Assembly (NCBI GenBank): GCA_035552915.1
Contig: DATNEQ010000021.1
Location: 7,031-71,030, forward strand
Length of the DNA stretch: 64,000 nt
Origin: Rhodanobacteraceae bacterium
Lineage (GTDB): Bacteria; Pseudomonadota; Gammaproteobacteria; Xanthomonadales; Rhodanobacteraceae
Direction: 5' to 3'
Both the position numbers and the translations under genes were made by a program. Of the stretch, positions 27,065 through 35,986 are shown in pieces (the first letter of the stretch is position 1; the number at the start of each line of letters is the position of its first letter). The notes beneath the pieces are model-generated. The model had not been told where the DNA came from. It worked only from the letters and a program-made list of their open reading frames with translations, and did not search any database.

Positions 27065-27622
27065 CTAGGCGTGGTGCGTGAGGCGCAAACGCGAGACGTC
27101 GTAGCCGAGATCCGCTGCGCGCCGCAGCAATTGCCGCAGGACATCGGCGCCGGGATGCGCCTCGCGGTGCAGGATCCACAGGTAACAGCCGGAGGGCTCT
27201 CCGACGATCGACCAGCGATAGTCCTCGTCGTGATCCAGCACCCAGTAGTCGCCGACGAAAAACGGCCCGAAGAAGGAAACTTTCAGTTTCGCGTTACCGG
27301 AATCCGGCACGACTTTCGCCCGACCGCGCGAGACGCGCCGTCGTGCGCGCGGTCCGGCTTCACGACAATGGTTGCTTACGCCGATCGTGCGATCCGCTCG
27401 CAATGCATACTCGGCGGCGACATCCTCGCAGCCGCGTTCGAAGCGGTTGTCGTAGCGCGCGAGTTCGAACCATCGTCCCAGATAACGATCGAGTTCCACT
27501 GTCCGCGCGGGTTGCGGCACGGCCGGATTGCCGCTGCGCGCGCGCCGGTTCGCCCGCCACGCCAACAGACCGATCGCACCCGCCGCGGCCGTCATTGCCG
27601 CGGCGCCGGCAAGCTTCTTCAT
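27065..27622 (-). CDS. blc: bacterial lipocalin (Blc-like), membrane-anchored rather than lipidated
   Basis: [38 protein letters not shown]-like segment, YRWSIVGEP. The N-terminal hydrophobic anchor has no lipobox. An alternative GTG start lies at 27649. Confidence 0.8.
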   Translation of the reverse strand: MKKLAGAAAMTAAAGAIGLLAWRANRRARSGNPAVPQPARTVELDRYLGRWFELARYDNRFERGCEDVAAEYALRADRTIGVSNHCREAGPRARRRVSRGRAKVVPDSGNAKLKVSFFGPFFVGDYWVLDHDEDYRWSIVGEPSGCYLWILHREAHPGADVLRQLLRRAADLGYDVSRLRLTHHA

Positions 27623-27724
27623 GCGCGGATCGATTTTCCCTATCATCACGCAAGGGTGAACGCGCGTACGCTAAGCGCGCGTGAAAGCGCGTGCGGGGCG
27701 GCATTCACTCATCCGCACGGGATC

Positions 27725-27752
27725 GAAAAATGCGGACATCCCTGTCCGCATT
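27725..27752 (-). terminator. rho-independent terminator after the fasciclin gene
   Basis: The minus strand reads AATGCGGACA-GGGA-TGTCCGCATT followed by TTTCG. The 10-bp stem and T-run lie 55 nt after the stop at 27808. Confidence 0.6.
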
Positions 27753-27807
27753 CTTCTTCAAAGGTCCGAACGGCAGCCCTTCTGGTGCTCGGCGCTGCGG
27801 CGAGTAC

Positions 27808-28392
27808 TCAGGGCATCAGCACCTTGTCGATCACGAAAATCACGCCGTTGGATTGCATCACGTCGGGAATGGTGATGTGCGCGACGCCGCCCTTGTCGTC
27901 CTTGACCGCCCAACCGCCCATGTCGTCCTTGCCGACCTTGATCGAATCGCCTTCGACGGTTTTCAGACTGACCCATCCCCCGTTCTTCGCGGCATCGGCG
28001 GCCAGCTCGCTGCTGGTGTGGCGACCCGCCACCACGTGATACGTCAGGACCTTCACGAGCTGGGCCTTGTTCTCCGGCTTCAGCAGGGTGTTCACCGTGC
28101 CCGCGGGCAATGCGGCGAACGCTTCGTTGGTTGGGGCGAACACCGTGAACGGACCCGTGCCTTCCAGTGTGTCCACGAGGCCCGCGGCCTTTACCGCGGC
28201 GACCAGCGTGGTGTGATCCTTCGAGTGCATCGCGTTCTGGACGATGTTCTTGGACGGATACATCGCCGCACCGCCCACCATCACTGTCTGCTCATTGCCG
28301 CTCATCTGGGCCAACGCCGCCGGCGCGGCTGCACAGGCGAGCGCGATCGACAGGCCAACAGCCAGCGCGCGTGCGGAATGCTTCGAATTCAT
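27808..28392 (-). CDS. secreted fasciclin (FAS1) domain protein
   Basis: Start moved to MNSKHSARALAVGLSIALACAAAPAALA. Contains HTTLVAAVKAAGLVDTL, GPFTVFAPTNEAFAALP and NGVIFVIDKVLMP, the classic FAS1 H1/H2/YH blocks. Confidence 0.88.
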   Translation of the reverse strand: MNSKHSARALAVGLSIALACAAAPAALAQMSGNEQTVMVGGAAMYPSKNIVQNAMHSKDHTTLVAAVKAAGLVDTLEGTGPFTVFAPTNEAFAALPAGTVNTLLKPENKAQLVKVLTYHVVAGRHTSSELAADAAKNGGWVSLKTVEGDSIKVGKDDMGGWAVKDDKGGVAHITIPDVMQSNGVIFVIDKVLMP

Positions 28393-28438
28393 GATCGGAT
28401 CTCCTGGTTTCCCGCTTCGCAAGTCGGAAGCGATGGGA

Positions 28439-28469
28439 GATACGGGCGCAAGCGGCAAACGGATGCAGC
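28439..28469 (-). promoter_or_regulatory. candidate ECF-type promoter upstream of the fasciclin gene (copy 1 of a shared motif)
   Basis: The minus strand reads GCTGCATCCGTTTGCCGCTTGCGCCCGTATC: GCATCC, 16 nt, CGTATC, ending 46 nt upstream of the ATG. 27 of 31 positions are identical to the motif at 35927-35957. Confidence 0.5.
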
Positions 28470-28572
28470 ACTGTTGCCGCGCGTTCAGCGGATCGGATGC
28501 CGTCGATCCCGCACTTGCCGATCGCGGGCGCTGTCGGCTGACCGGTCGGCGCGCCGCCGGGTGGCATCCGAA

Positions 28573-29139
28573 TCAGGGCGTATCGACGGCCTCGGCACCA
28601 GGCGCCGATCGCGTTTGCGGTACGCGCCGCAACTTGTCCATGTCGTAGCCCAGCGATCGCAGTTCGGCGGTCAGCGTTTCCCAGTCCGTCGCGTTGACCT
28701 CCGGCGCCCGCGCCATGATCCAGGCGTAATCACGCGCATCGCGCGCCACGATCACTTCACTGTAGTCCGGCTTGAGATAAGCAACGACGTACTGCGCCTT
28801 GAACGGCCCGAGCACCTGCACGCCCCACACCGCGTTGCCGCGTTCGGCGCGCACGTAGGCGATCGAATGCATCCGCTTCAACGGGCCGTCCGCGCCGCCC
28901 TTGTTGAAATGAAAAGTGGTGTAGACGGTATCGTCCTTGCGCAAGTCGTAAGTCTCCACGGCGTTCCATGCGTCGCGTTCGAAGCGCGTGGGGATCGCCG
29001 CGATTACGTACCAGCGTCCCATGTAGCGAGGCAGGTCGACGTGCGCCACCGGACGGATCGGCGGCAGATCCGCGGCGCATGCGGAAATCATTCCGGCCAT
29101 AAGCGTGCATCCCAGCAGTCCGAATGTCTGTTTTCTCAT
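28573..29139 (-). CDS. blc: outer-membrane lipocalin lipoprotein (Blc-like)
   Basis: Lipobox MISAC, LPRYMGRWYVIAAIPTRFE, YAWIMARAP. Lies 21 nt downstream of the CFA-synthase-like gene. Confidence 0.85.
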   Translation of the reverse strand: MRKQTFGLLGCTLMAGMISACAADLPPIRPVAHVDLPRYMGRWYVIAAIPTRFERDAWNAVETYDLRKDDTVYTTFHFNKGGADGPLKRMHSIAYVRAERGNAVWGVQVLGPFKAQYVVAYLKPDYSEVIVARDARDYAWIMARAPEVNATDWETLTAELRSLGYDMDKLRRVPQTRSAPGAEAVDTP

Positions 29140-29160
29140 CGAGTTTCTCCCTGGTTTCTT

Positions 29161-30243
29161 TCAGCGCCGCGCGAAGCGGTAGTGCGCGACCATCCATTCG
29201 CTGCCGCCGGCGTAACCGAAAAGCTCGGAGCAGGCCATCCAGAACATCCGCCAGCGCTGGAACCACAATGACGCGTGCTCGCCGTAGGCTTCGCGCAACA
29301 CCCGCATCACCGCCTCGCGGCCGGCATCCTGGCGCGCCAGCCATTGTTCGGCGCTGCGCCGGTAATGGGTGCCGTCGAGCAGCCAGCGGTGTTCGATGCG
29401 CAGTTCGTCCTGGAAGTGCAGCAGGGTATCGGCGGCCGGCATCAACCCGCCGGTGAAGAAGTGCCGTCCCATCCAGTTGTCCTCACCTCCGGTCTCGAAT
29501 GGGTACATCAGCTCGCGGTGCGCGAAGATGTGCACGAACAATTTGCCGTCGGGCTTGAGCCATTCTGCGATGCGCGCCATCAGTGTCTGGTAGTTGCGCA
29601 TGTGTTCGAACATCTCGATCGAGACGCAGCGATCGAATTGCGCGGAAGGCAAATCCAGCACGTTGACGTCGCAGGTGATCGCATGGACGTTGGACAGTCC
29701 GCGCCAGCGGCATTCGCGCTCGATGTGCAGCCGCTGGCCGTGCGAATGCGACACCGCGGTGATGCGTGCATTCGGGTAGCGTTCCGCCATCCAGAGCGTC
29801 AGCGATCCCCAGCCGCAGCCGAGTTCCAGGATCTGCTGCGCGTCGGCAAGCTCGGCGCGTTCGGCGTACAGCGACAGCATCGCTTCCTCGGCTTCTGCCA
29901 GCGTCTCGTCGCCGCGCGGATACCAGCAACTCGAATACTTCAGGCGTGGCCCGAGACACAGCTCGAAGAATTCCGGCGGCAGTTCGTAATGCTGGGCATT
30001 GGCGGCATCGGTTTCGATCGCCACAGGGCTGCGGCGCAGCATGTCGAGGCGCTGCGCGCATCGTTGCGACTGTGCCGCCGGACCGCCCGCGCGTTCTTCC
30101 TGCAGGCGTTGTGTGCATAGCTTGCGCATGCCTGCGCGCAACAGCGTGTCCGGGATCAGCCCGCGCTCGGCCAGGCCGAGCAGTCCCGGCGCGGCGCGGT
30201 CCTGCGGCAGAGGTCGCCGCTGTTCCATCGCGATGCTGTTCAT
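29161..30243 (-). CDS. SAM-dependent methyltransferase of the cyclopropane-fatty-acyl-phospholipid synthase family (short paralog)
   Basis: Start moved to MNSIAMEQ. Contains HYELPPEFFELCLGPRLKYSSCWY, ILELGCGWGSL (SAM motif I) and SIEMFEHM. ATGA overlap with the upstream gene. Confidence 0.85.
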   Translation of the reverse strand: MNSIAMEQRRPLPQDRAAPGLLGLAERGLIPDTLLRAGMRKLCTQRLQEERAGGPAAQSQRCAQRLDMLRRSPVAIETDAANAQHYELPPEFFELCLGPRLKYSSCWYPRGDETLAEAEEAMLSLYAERAELADAQQILELGCGWGSLTLWMAERYPNARITAVSHSHGQRLHIERECRWRGLSNVHAITCDVNVLDLPSAQFDRCVSIEMFEHMRNYQTLMARIAEWLKPDGKLFVHIFAHRELMYPFETGGEDNWMGRHFFTGGLMPAADTLLHFQDELRIEHRWLLDGTHYRRSAEQWLARQDAGREAVMRVLREAYGEHASLWFQRWRMFWMACSELFGYAGGSEWMVAHYRFARR

Positions 30244-31037
30244 GATTCGCTCCCGCGTGCCTGCGAAGGTTTTGGAAACCGGGGGAAGAACATCGGCGTG
30301 CTGCGCTGGTAATCGCGGTAGTCCTCGCCGCGGGTGCGCAACGCCTGTGTTTCGGTGAACGGGATGCCACTCAGGAAACGCAGGAACAGGTACATCAAGA
30401 GCGGCCCGCTCCACGCCAGCCATGCCAGCGGCGATCCCCATGCAAGCAGCACGTAGGCGAACCAGTGCAGCCATTCGCAGAAATAATTCGGATGCCGCGA
30501 ATAGCGCCACATACCGATGCGGCAGACCTTGCCGCGATGCGCCGAACCGCTGCGGAAGCGCGCGAGTTGCGCGTCGGCCACCGTCTCGCCGACAACGGCG
30601 AGCAGCCACACCAAAATGCCCGCAATCAGCAGCGGCGCTTGCGCGTGCGGATTAGCCGCGACCGCCACGAACGGCAGCGCGAACAGCGGGACCAGCAGCG
30701 CCTGGAACTGGAAGAACAGGAAAAAGCTGCGCTGGTAGCCGACCCAACGTTCGCGCAGCGCGCGATAACGGCCGTCCTCGACTTCGTTGCGCACGCGCAA
30801 CCACAGATGCAGAGCCAATCGCGTGCCCCAGACTCCCCCCAGCGCGGCCAGCGCGATGCGGGGTGCGATCGCGCCGCGTCCGAACCACGCGATCAGCACT
30901 GCGGCGCCGGCAAGTTCCGCGGCCCATAACGCGTCCACGATGCCGGCATTCGCATGCCGCCGCTGCCACAGCCAGCCCAGCGTCATCATCGGCACGGCCA
31001 ACAGCCACACGTACAGGAGCGGGAACCACGGATTCAT
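30240..31037 (-). CDS. DUF1295 membrane protein (steroid-5-alpha-reductase / ICMT-like fold)
   Basis: Start moved to MNPWFPLL. Multi-TM with GMWRYSRHPNYFCEWLHW near the C-terminus. ATGA overlaps on both sides. Confidence 0.8.
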   Translation of the reverse strand: MNPWFPLLYVWLLAVPMMTLGWLWQRRHANAGIVDALWAAELAGAAVLIAWFGRGAIAPRIALAALGGVWGTRLALHLWLRVRNEVEDGRYRALRERWVGYQRSFFLFFQFQALLVPLFALPFVAVAANPHAQAPLLIAGILVWLLAVVGETVADAQLARFRSGSAHRGKVCRIGMWRYSRHPNYFCEWLHWFAYVLLAWGSPLAWLAWSGPLLMYLFLRFLSGIPFTETQALRTRGEDYRDYQRSTPMFFPRFPKPSQARGSES

Positions 31038-31579
31038 GCCTGATCTCCTCGCAGTTGGGCATGACCCGAGGATTCGCGCAACCAGAGCTGAGCCAGCGTA
31101 CACAGCAGCGGCAACGCGATTGCCCAGCCGATCGCCAGCGCTGCCAGCGTTCGCCATGCCGGCAGCGGCAGCAGCACGGCGTGCCAGCCGCGAGCCGCGC
31201 CGAGATACGCGAGCGGGCCGCCGATCGCGCCGAACACGGCGGCGAGCCACGGACGCGCGTGCAGATAGCCGAACAGCGGCACGATGGTCAGCGCAAACGC
31301 CAGCCACAACGCCATCAGCCATGCGGGCGTTTCCGGCAGCGGCCAAGGCGCGGCGTAACGCACCAGTCCCGCGCCCACCCACAGCGTTTCCAGCACCCCG
31401 CCGAGCAGCAGCGCTGCAACCGTTAGCCGCAGCTCGACATCGCGCCGCGGCGATACGACCAGCCGCCATGCGAACAGCAGCGCGCCGAGCACGCCCGGCC
31501 ATGCCATGCCGTGGCCGGCGCCGATCACGGCCGCGAACCAGACGATCTCGTACGCGATCAGGGCCGCCCAGAAGTTCAT
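31034..31579 (-). CDS. small polytopic membrane protein, DUF2878-like
   Basis: Start moved to MNFWAALIAYEIVWFAAV. About six hydrophobic segments. The family call rests on memory of this conserved gene-cluster position. ATGA overlaps on both sides. Confidence 0.6.
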   Translation of the reverse strand: MNFWAALIAYEIVWFAAVIGAGHGMAWPGVLGALLFAWRLVVSPRRDVELRLTVAALLLGGVLETLWVGAGLVRYAAPWPLPETPAWLMALWLAFALTIVPLFGYLHARPWLAAVFGAIGGPLAYLGAARGWHAVLLPLPAWRTLAALAIGWAIALPLLCTLAQLWLRESSGHAQLRGDQA

Positions 31580-32841
31580 GCCATGTGCGCCTGCGTGCGA
31601 CGCCAACCGGGCTTGGCCAGCAACAGGTGCGCGACGGCGATCGAACGCTCACGGAAGCCGCCCTCGCAATACGCGAGATAGAACTCCCACATGCGCAGAA
31701 ATCGCTCGTCGAAACCCTGCGCACGCGCTTCCGGCAGATGTGCAAGGAAACGTTCGCGCCAAGCCTGCAGCGTGCGTGCGTAGGAATCGCCGAAGTCTTC
31801 GAGTCCGATCATGCCCAAGTCGCTTGCGCGTGTCTTCGCCTCCAGCATTGCGTGCAGCGAAGGGATGAAGCTTCCGGGAAACACGAAGCGTTTGATGAAG
31901 TCGACCGATTTCAGCGCATGCCGATAGCGATGATCCTCGATCGTGATCGCCTGCAACAGCGCCAATCCACCCGGTTTCAACAGTCGGCCGATTTGCGCGA
32001 AGTAGGCCGGCAAATAGGCTGCGCCGATCGCCTCGACCATCTCGATCGAAACCAGTTTGTCGTAGTTGCCGCGCAGGTCGCGATAGTCCTGCAGCAGCAC
32101 CTCGACGCGGTCTGAAAGTCCGGCCTGCGCCACGCGCTCCCGCGCGAGCGCGTGCTGTTCGCGCGAGATCGTGGTGGTGGTGACGCGGCAACCGCAATGG
32201 CTCGCCGCGTGCAGCGCGAAGCCGCCCCAGCCGGTGCCGATTTCCAGCACATGGTCGTCGCGCGACAGTTGCAGCTTGCGGCAGATCAGGTCGAGCTTGC
32301 GGGTGGACGCGGCTTCGAGATCGTCGCCCTCGGCCCAGTACGCGGCCGAGTACATCAGGTCGCGCGACAGGAACAGCCGGAAAAAATCATTGCCGAGGTC
32401 GTAGTGTGCCGCGATATTGCGGCGGCTGCCGTTGCGGGTGTTGCGGTTGAACGCATGCCAGCCGCGCAACGCCAGCGAGCCGAGGCGCGCCAGGCCGCCT
32501 TCCATGCCGTCCAGCAGGTCGCGGTTGCGCAAGAGCAGGCGCACCAATCCGACCAGATCGTCGCAATGCCACAGGCCGTCCATGTATGCCTCACCTGCGC
32601 CGACGCTGCCGCTGGCGGCGAGCGCGCGATAGAACGCCGAATCGAGCACGTCCACATGCACGATTGGATGGCGTTCGTTCCCAACGTCGCCGAATTCGAG
32701 CGTGCCGAGCGCGTCGCGCAGCATCAGGCGCCCGTGCGCAAGTCGACGCAGCGCGACGGCGAGCCGCTCGCGCAGCAGACGATCGAGCACCGGAAAAACT
32801 TCGCTCGTGGCGCCGAGCTCTTGCTTGACGAAGGCATTCAT
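31576..32841 (-). CDS. cfa: cyclopropane-fatty-acyl-phospholipid synthase family methyltransferase (long paralog)
   Basis: Start moved to MNAFVKQ. Contains HYDLGNDFFRLFLSRDLMYSAAYW, VLEIGTGWGGFA, SIEMVEAIG and MWEFYLAYCEGGF. Confidence 0.88.
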   Translation of the reverse strand: MNAFVKQELGATSEVFPVLDRLLRERLAVALRRLAHGRLMLRDALGTLEFGDVGNERHPIVHVDVLDSAFYRALAASGSVGAGEAYMDGLWHCDDLVGLVRLLLRNRDLLDGMEGGLARLGSLALRGWHAFNRNTRNGSRRNIAAHYDLGNDFFRLFLSRDLMYSAAYWAEGDDLEAASTRKLDLICRKLQLSRDDHVLEIGTGWGGFALHAASHCGCRVTTTTISREQHALARERVAQAGLSDRVEVLLQDYRDLRGNYDKLVSIEMVEAIGAAYLPAYFAQIGRLLKPGGLALLQAITIEDHRYRHALKSVDFIKRFVFPGSFIPSLHAMLEAKTRASDLGMIGLEDFGDSYARTLQAWRERFLAHLPEARAQGFDERFLRMWEFYLAYCEGGFRERSIAVAHLLLAKPGWRRTQAHMA

Positions 32842-33635
32842 GTCGGGCCTCGCAGGGTTCGCGGATAGGCGTGGAAAGGCGCGCGTTTCAACCACAGTCG
32901 TAGCGCCTGCCAGTAGATCGCGCCGACGACCTGCGCGGTCATCAGCGGATAACGCCACAGCACTCGCGCGAGCGAGGCGCCATCGAGCGCCCGCCGGCGC
33001 AGGTGCAGCATCGCGTCGAATTCGCGCGCGCCGTCGCGCAGCACGTCCATGTGCACGACCAGCTCTTCGCCGGGTGCGCCGAAGCGCCAGTCGTAATGGC
33101 GATCCATCGGCATGAACGGCGAAACGTGGAAAGCCTTGGCGAATTCCCAGCCGAGCAGGCGCCCATGGCGCGATGCCGTCGCGCACGGCAGCACGTAGGC
33201 ATGGCGCTGCAGCCAGGGCGTGTTGGTGATCTCGGCGACGATCGTGTCCAGCGTGATGCCATCCGCCGCGAAGCAGTAGTAGAAGCTGACCGGGTTGAAG
33301 ATCGCACCGGCGTAGCGCAGATGCGTGAGCAATCGGATGGGACCCTGCGGGCGCGCGCCGGTCGCGGCTTGCACGCAATCACGCACCGCTTCCGCCAGCG
33401 GCACGTGTGCCGGCCCGAGGTAATCGGCGCGCCGGAATTCGGCGAGGTTGCGGCGATCGACCGACCACAACCAGCGCCGCGCGAACACGCGATCGATTTC
33501 GTCGAGATCGAGATACAACTGCGCGATGCGATAACGGAACGCGTGCGGATGCGGAGAAGAGCGCCGGTGTTCGACCGTGCCTTCGTAGACCGCGCTGGAA
33601 AGCGCCAGCTCGTGGGTGGCGTGGCGAACGCTCAT
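32838..33635 (-). CDS. DUF1365 family protein
   Basis: Start moved to MSVRHATH. Contains YEGTVEHRR...HAFRYRIAQLYLDLDE and FHVSPFMPMD, as I recall for DUF1365. ATGA overlaps on both sides. Confidence 0.78.
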   Translation of the reverse strand: MSVRHATHELALSSAVYEGTVEHRRSSPHPHAFRYRIAQLYLDLDEIDRVFARRWLWSVDRRNLAEFRRADYLGPAHVPLAEAVRDCVQAATGARPQGPIRLLTHLRYAGAIFNPVSFYYCFAADGITLDTIVAEITNTPWLQRHAYVLPCATASRHGRLLGWEFAKAFHVSPFMPMDRHYDWRFGAPGEELVVHMDVLRDGAREFDAMLHLRRRALDGASLARVLWRYPLMTAQVVGAIYWQALRLWLKRAPFHAYPRTLRGPT

Positions 33636-34933
33636 GCGGGGCGCCTGGCTTGCGTCGACGACATCGAAGGGAGCAGGGTCGCGGCTGCCGCCGGCCAATC
33701 CACGCCGAGCATGCGCGCCACTTCCACGGCGCTGCGCATGCCGTCCTCGTGGAAACCGAAGCCCCAGTAAGCACCCGCGTACCAGATGCGATCCATGCCC
33801 TGAATCTCGGCCTTGCGGTGTTGTGCCGCGAACGTCGCCTGCGTGTACACCGGATGGGAATAGCGCATGCGCCGCAGCACCCGCGACGGGTCGATTGCGT
33901 GCGTGCGGTTGAGCGTCACCACCAGCGCCTCGCGCGAAACGATCCCCTGCAAAAGGTTCATGCAGTAGCTCACCGTGCAGGCATCGCCCGGTTCGAGCGG
34001 AATGTGCGCATTCCATGCCGCCCATGCTCTGCGCCGGCGCGGCAGCAGGCTGGCATCGGTGTGCAGCACGATATCGTTGGATTGATACGGGATTGCACCG
34101 AGCACGCTGCGTTCCGCCGGACTCGGATTCGCCAGCAGTGCCAGCGCCTGGTCGCTGTGGCATGCGAGTACTGCATGGTCGAAATTTTCGCGGCCGGCCT
34201 CGCTCAGTACGTCTATGCCCGTGCGCGCGCGTTGCAGCGCATGAACCTTGCAGCTTGCGCGTTCGCGCACGCGCCAGCGCCGACGCAAAGCTTCGACGTA
34301 GCGGGCGCTGCCGCCGCGCACCACGCGCCACTGCGGCCGACCGGATACCTGCAGCATCTGGTGGTTGGCCATGAACTGCACGAGGTAACGTGCCGGAAAT
34401 TCGAGGATGCGATCCGGTGGCGACGACCACAGCGCCGACGCCATCGGCACCAGGTGCTCGTCGCGGAAGGCGTCGCCGTAAAGATTTTCCGCCAGATAGA
34501 CGGCCAGCGTCGGACCCGGATCGCGCTGCTGCAAAAGCGCCGGCGCTTCGCGGTAGAAGCGCAGGATGTCGCGCACCATGCCGAGGAAGCGTGGCGACAA
34601 CAGGTTGCGGCGCTGGCAGAACAGGGCATCGAGCGAAGCCGCGTTGTATTCCAGCCCGCTGGCCTCGCTGCGCACCGAGAAACTCATCGTGGTCGGCCGG
34701 CATTCCACGCCGAGTTCGTCGAACAGGCGGGTAAGCAACGGATAGTGCGCCGGGTTGTGCACGATGAAGCCGGTGTCCACCGCATGCGATTCGCCGTGCA
34801 GTTCGATCGCATGCGTATAGGTGTGGCCGCCGAAATAATCGTTGGCTTCGAACAGCGTGACCTCGTTTGCGCGCGACAGCAGCCACGCCGAGGCGAGTCC
34901 CGCGATGCCGGAGCCGACCACCGCGATGCGCAT
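33632..34933 (-). CDS. NAD(P)/FAD-dependent oxidoreductase, amine-oxidase / phytoene-desaturase-like
   Basis: MRIAVVGSGIAGLASAWLL...LFEANDYFGGHT dinucleotide-binding N-terminus. C-terminal YAGAYWGFGFHEDG. Confidence 0.85.
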   Translation of the reverse strand: MRIAVVGSGIAGLASAWLLSRANEVTLFEANDYFGGHTYTHAIELHGESHAVDTGFIVHNPAHYPLLTRLFDELGVECRPTTMSFSVRSEASGLEYNAASLDALFCQRRNLLSPRFLGMVRDILRFYREAPALLQQRDPGPTLAVYLAENLYGDAFRDEHLVPMASALWSSPPDRILEFPARYLVQFMANHQMLQVSGRPQWRVVRGGSARYVEALRRRWRVRERASCKVHALQRARTGIDVLSEAGRENFDHAVLACHSDQALALLANPSPAERSVLGAIPYQSNDIVLHTDASLLPRRRRAWAAWNAHIPLEPGDACTVSYCMNLLQGIVSREALVVTLNRTHAIDPSRVLRRMRYSHPVYTQATFAAQHRKAEIQGMDRIWYAGAYWGFGFHEDGMRSAVEVARMLGVDWPAAAATLLPSMSSTQARRPA

Positions 34934-34934
34934 G

Positions 34935-35897
34935 TCAGCGCTCCGCCTTGGCGCGCACCCACGCGGGCACGGGTTTCAAGTCATGCACCAGCCCGAACAG
35001 AGCCAGGGCTTTCAGCGCATACCAGGTCAAGTCGACTTCCCACCAGCGGAAACCCTGGCGCGCGCTGCCCGGGAAGAAATGATGGTTGTTGTGCCAGCCT
35101 TCGCCGAAGGTGATCAGCGCCAGCAGCCAGTTGTTGCGGCTGTCATCGCGCGTGGCATAGCGGCGCTTGCCCCAGCGATGCGCGAGCGAATTGATCGTCA
35201 CCGTCGCGTGGAACAGCGCCACGGTGGAGACGAAAAACCCCCAGGCCAGCAGCTGCGGGCCATCGGTGTGCAGCGACGGCGCGACGCGCGCGAGCACCGC
35301 GCCGAGTACGTACAACGTCGCCGCCAGCGCCACCGGCACCGCCACGTCATAGCGATCCAGCAAGCGCAGTTCCGGGAATTGCGCGAGATCCTTCACGCGT
35401 TCGATGTCGGTGCCGAACGCGCGCGGGGTGAGGAACCAGCCCATGTGGCTCCACAGGAATCCGCGTACGCCGGGAGCATGCGGATCCAGCGGCGTGTCGG
35501 CGTGGCGATGATGGTTGCGATGGTGGGCAGCCCACCACAGCGGCCCGCGTTGCACGCTGGCGGCGCCGAGCAACGCGAACAGGAACTGCATGGCGCGCGA
35601 CGTGCGGAAGGTACGGTGCGCGAAGTAGCGGTGATAGAACCCGGTCAGCGCGAACATGCGCAGCGCATACAGCCCCGCCGCGACCGCCAGCGCGAATGCC
35701 GAGAAGCCGACCCACAGCACGCCGAGACAGCCCAAGTGCAGGGCGATGAATGGCACCGCGCGCAACCAGTCGATGCGATCGGCGTCCGCGTCCTTAGGCG
35801 CGTCGTATTCGGCCGCCATCAACCATTGACGCAAGCAACGTCGAACCGGAACGGCGAAAGCGGCACGGGGCTGCGTGGATGCATGATCGAGAGGCAT
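34935..35897 (-). CDS. membrane acyl-CoA/acyl-lipid fatty acid desaturase (delta-9-like)
   Basis: Three histidine boxes: HRYFAH, HRNHHRH, HNNHH. Four hydrophobic segments. Its stop lies 1 nt before the next ATG. Confidence 0.88.
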   Translation of the reverse strand: MPLDHASTQPRAAFAVPVRRCLRQWLMAAEYDAPKDADADRIDWLRAVPFIALHLGCLGVLWVGFSAFALAVAAGLYALRMFALTGFYHRYFAHRTFRTSRAMQFLFALLGAASVQRGPLWWAAHHRNHHRHADTPLDPHAPGVRGFLWSHMGWFLTPRAFGTDIERVKDLAQFPELRLLDRYDVAVPVALAATLYVLGAVLARVAPSLHTDGPQLLAWGFFVSTVALFHATVTINSLAHRWGKRRYATRDDSRNNWLLALITFGEGWHNNHHFFPGSARQGFRWWEVDLTWYALKALALFGLVHDLKPVPAWVRAKAER

Positions 35898-35926
35898 GGG
35901 AGCGCGCGCGGGTCGTCTGCCGAATG

Positions 35927-35957
35927 GATACGGACGAAACCGGCGAACGGATGCAGC
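35927..35957 (-). promoter_or_regulatory. candidate ECF-type promoter upstream of the desaturase operon (copy 2 of the shared motif)
   Basis: The minus strand reads GCTGCATCCGTTCGCCGGTTTCGTCCGTATC: GCATCC, 16 nt, CGTATC, ending 29 nt upstream of the ATG at 35897. Confidence 0.5.
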
Positions 35958-35986
35958 GCGGCTCTATCGGGCCCTTGGACGCGGGT

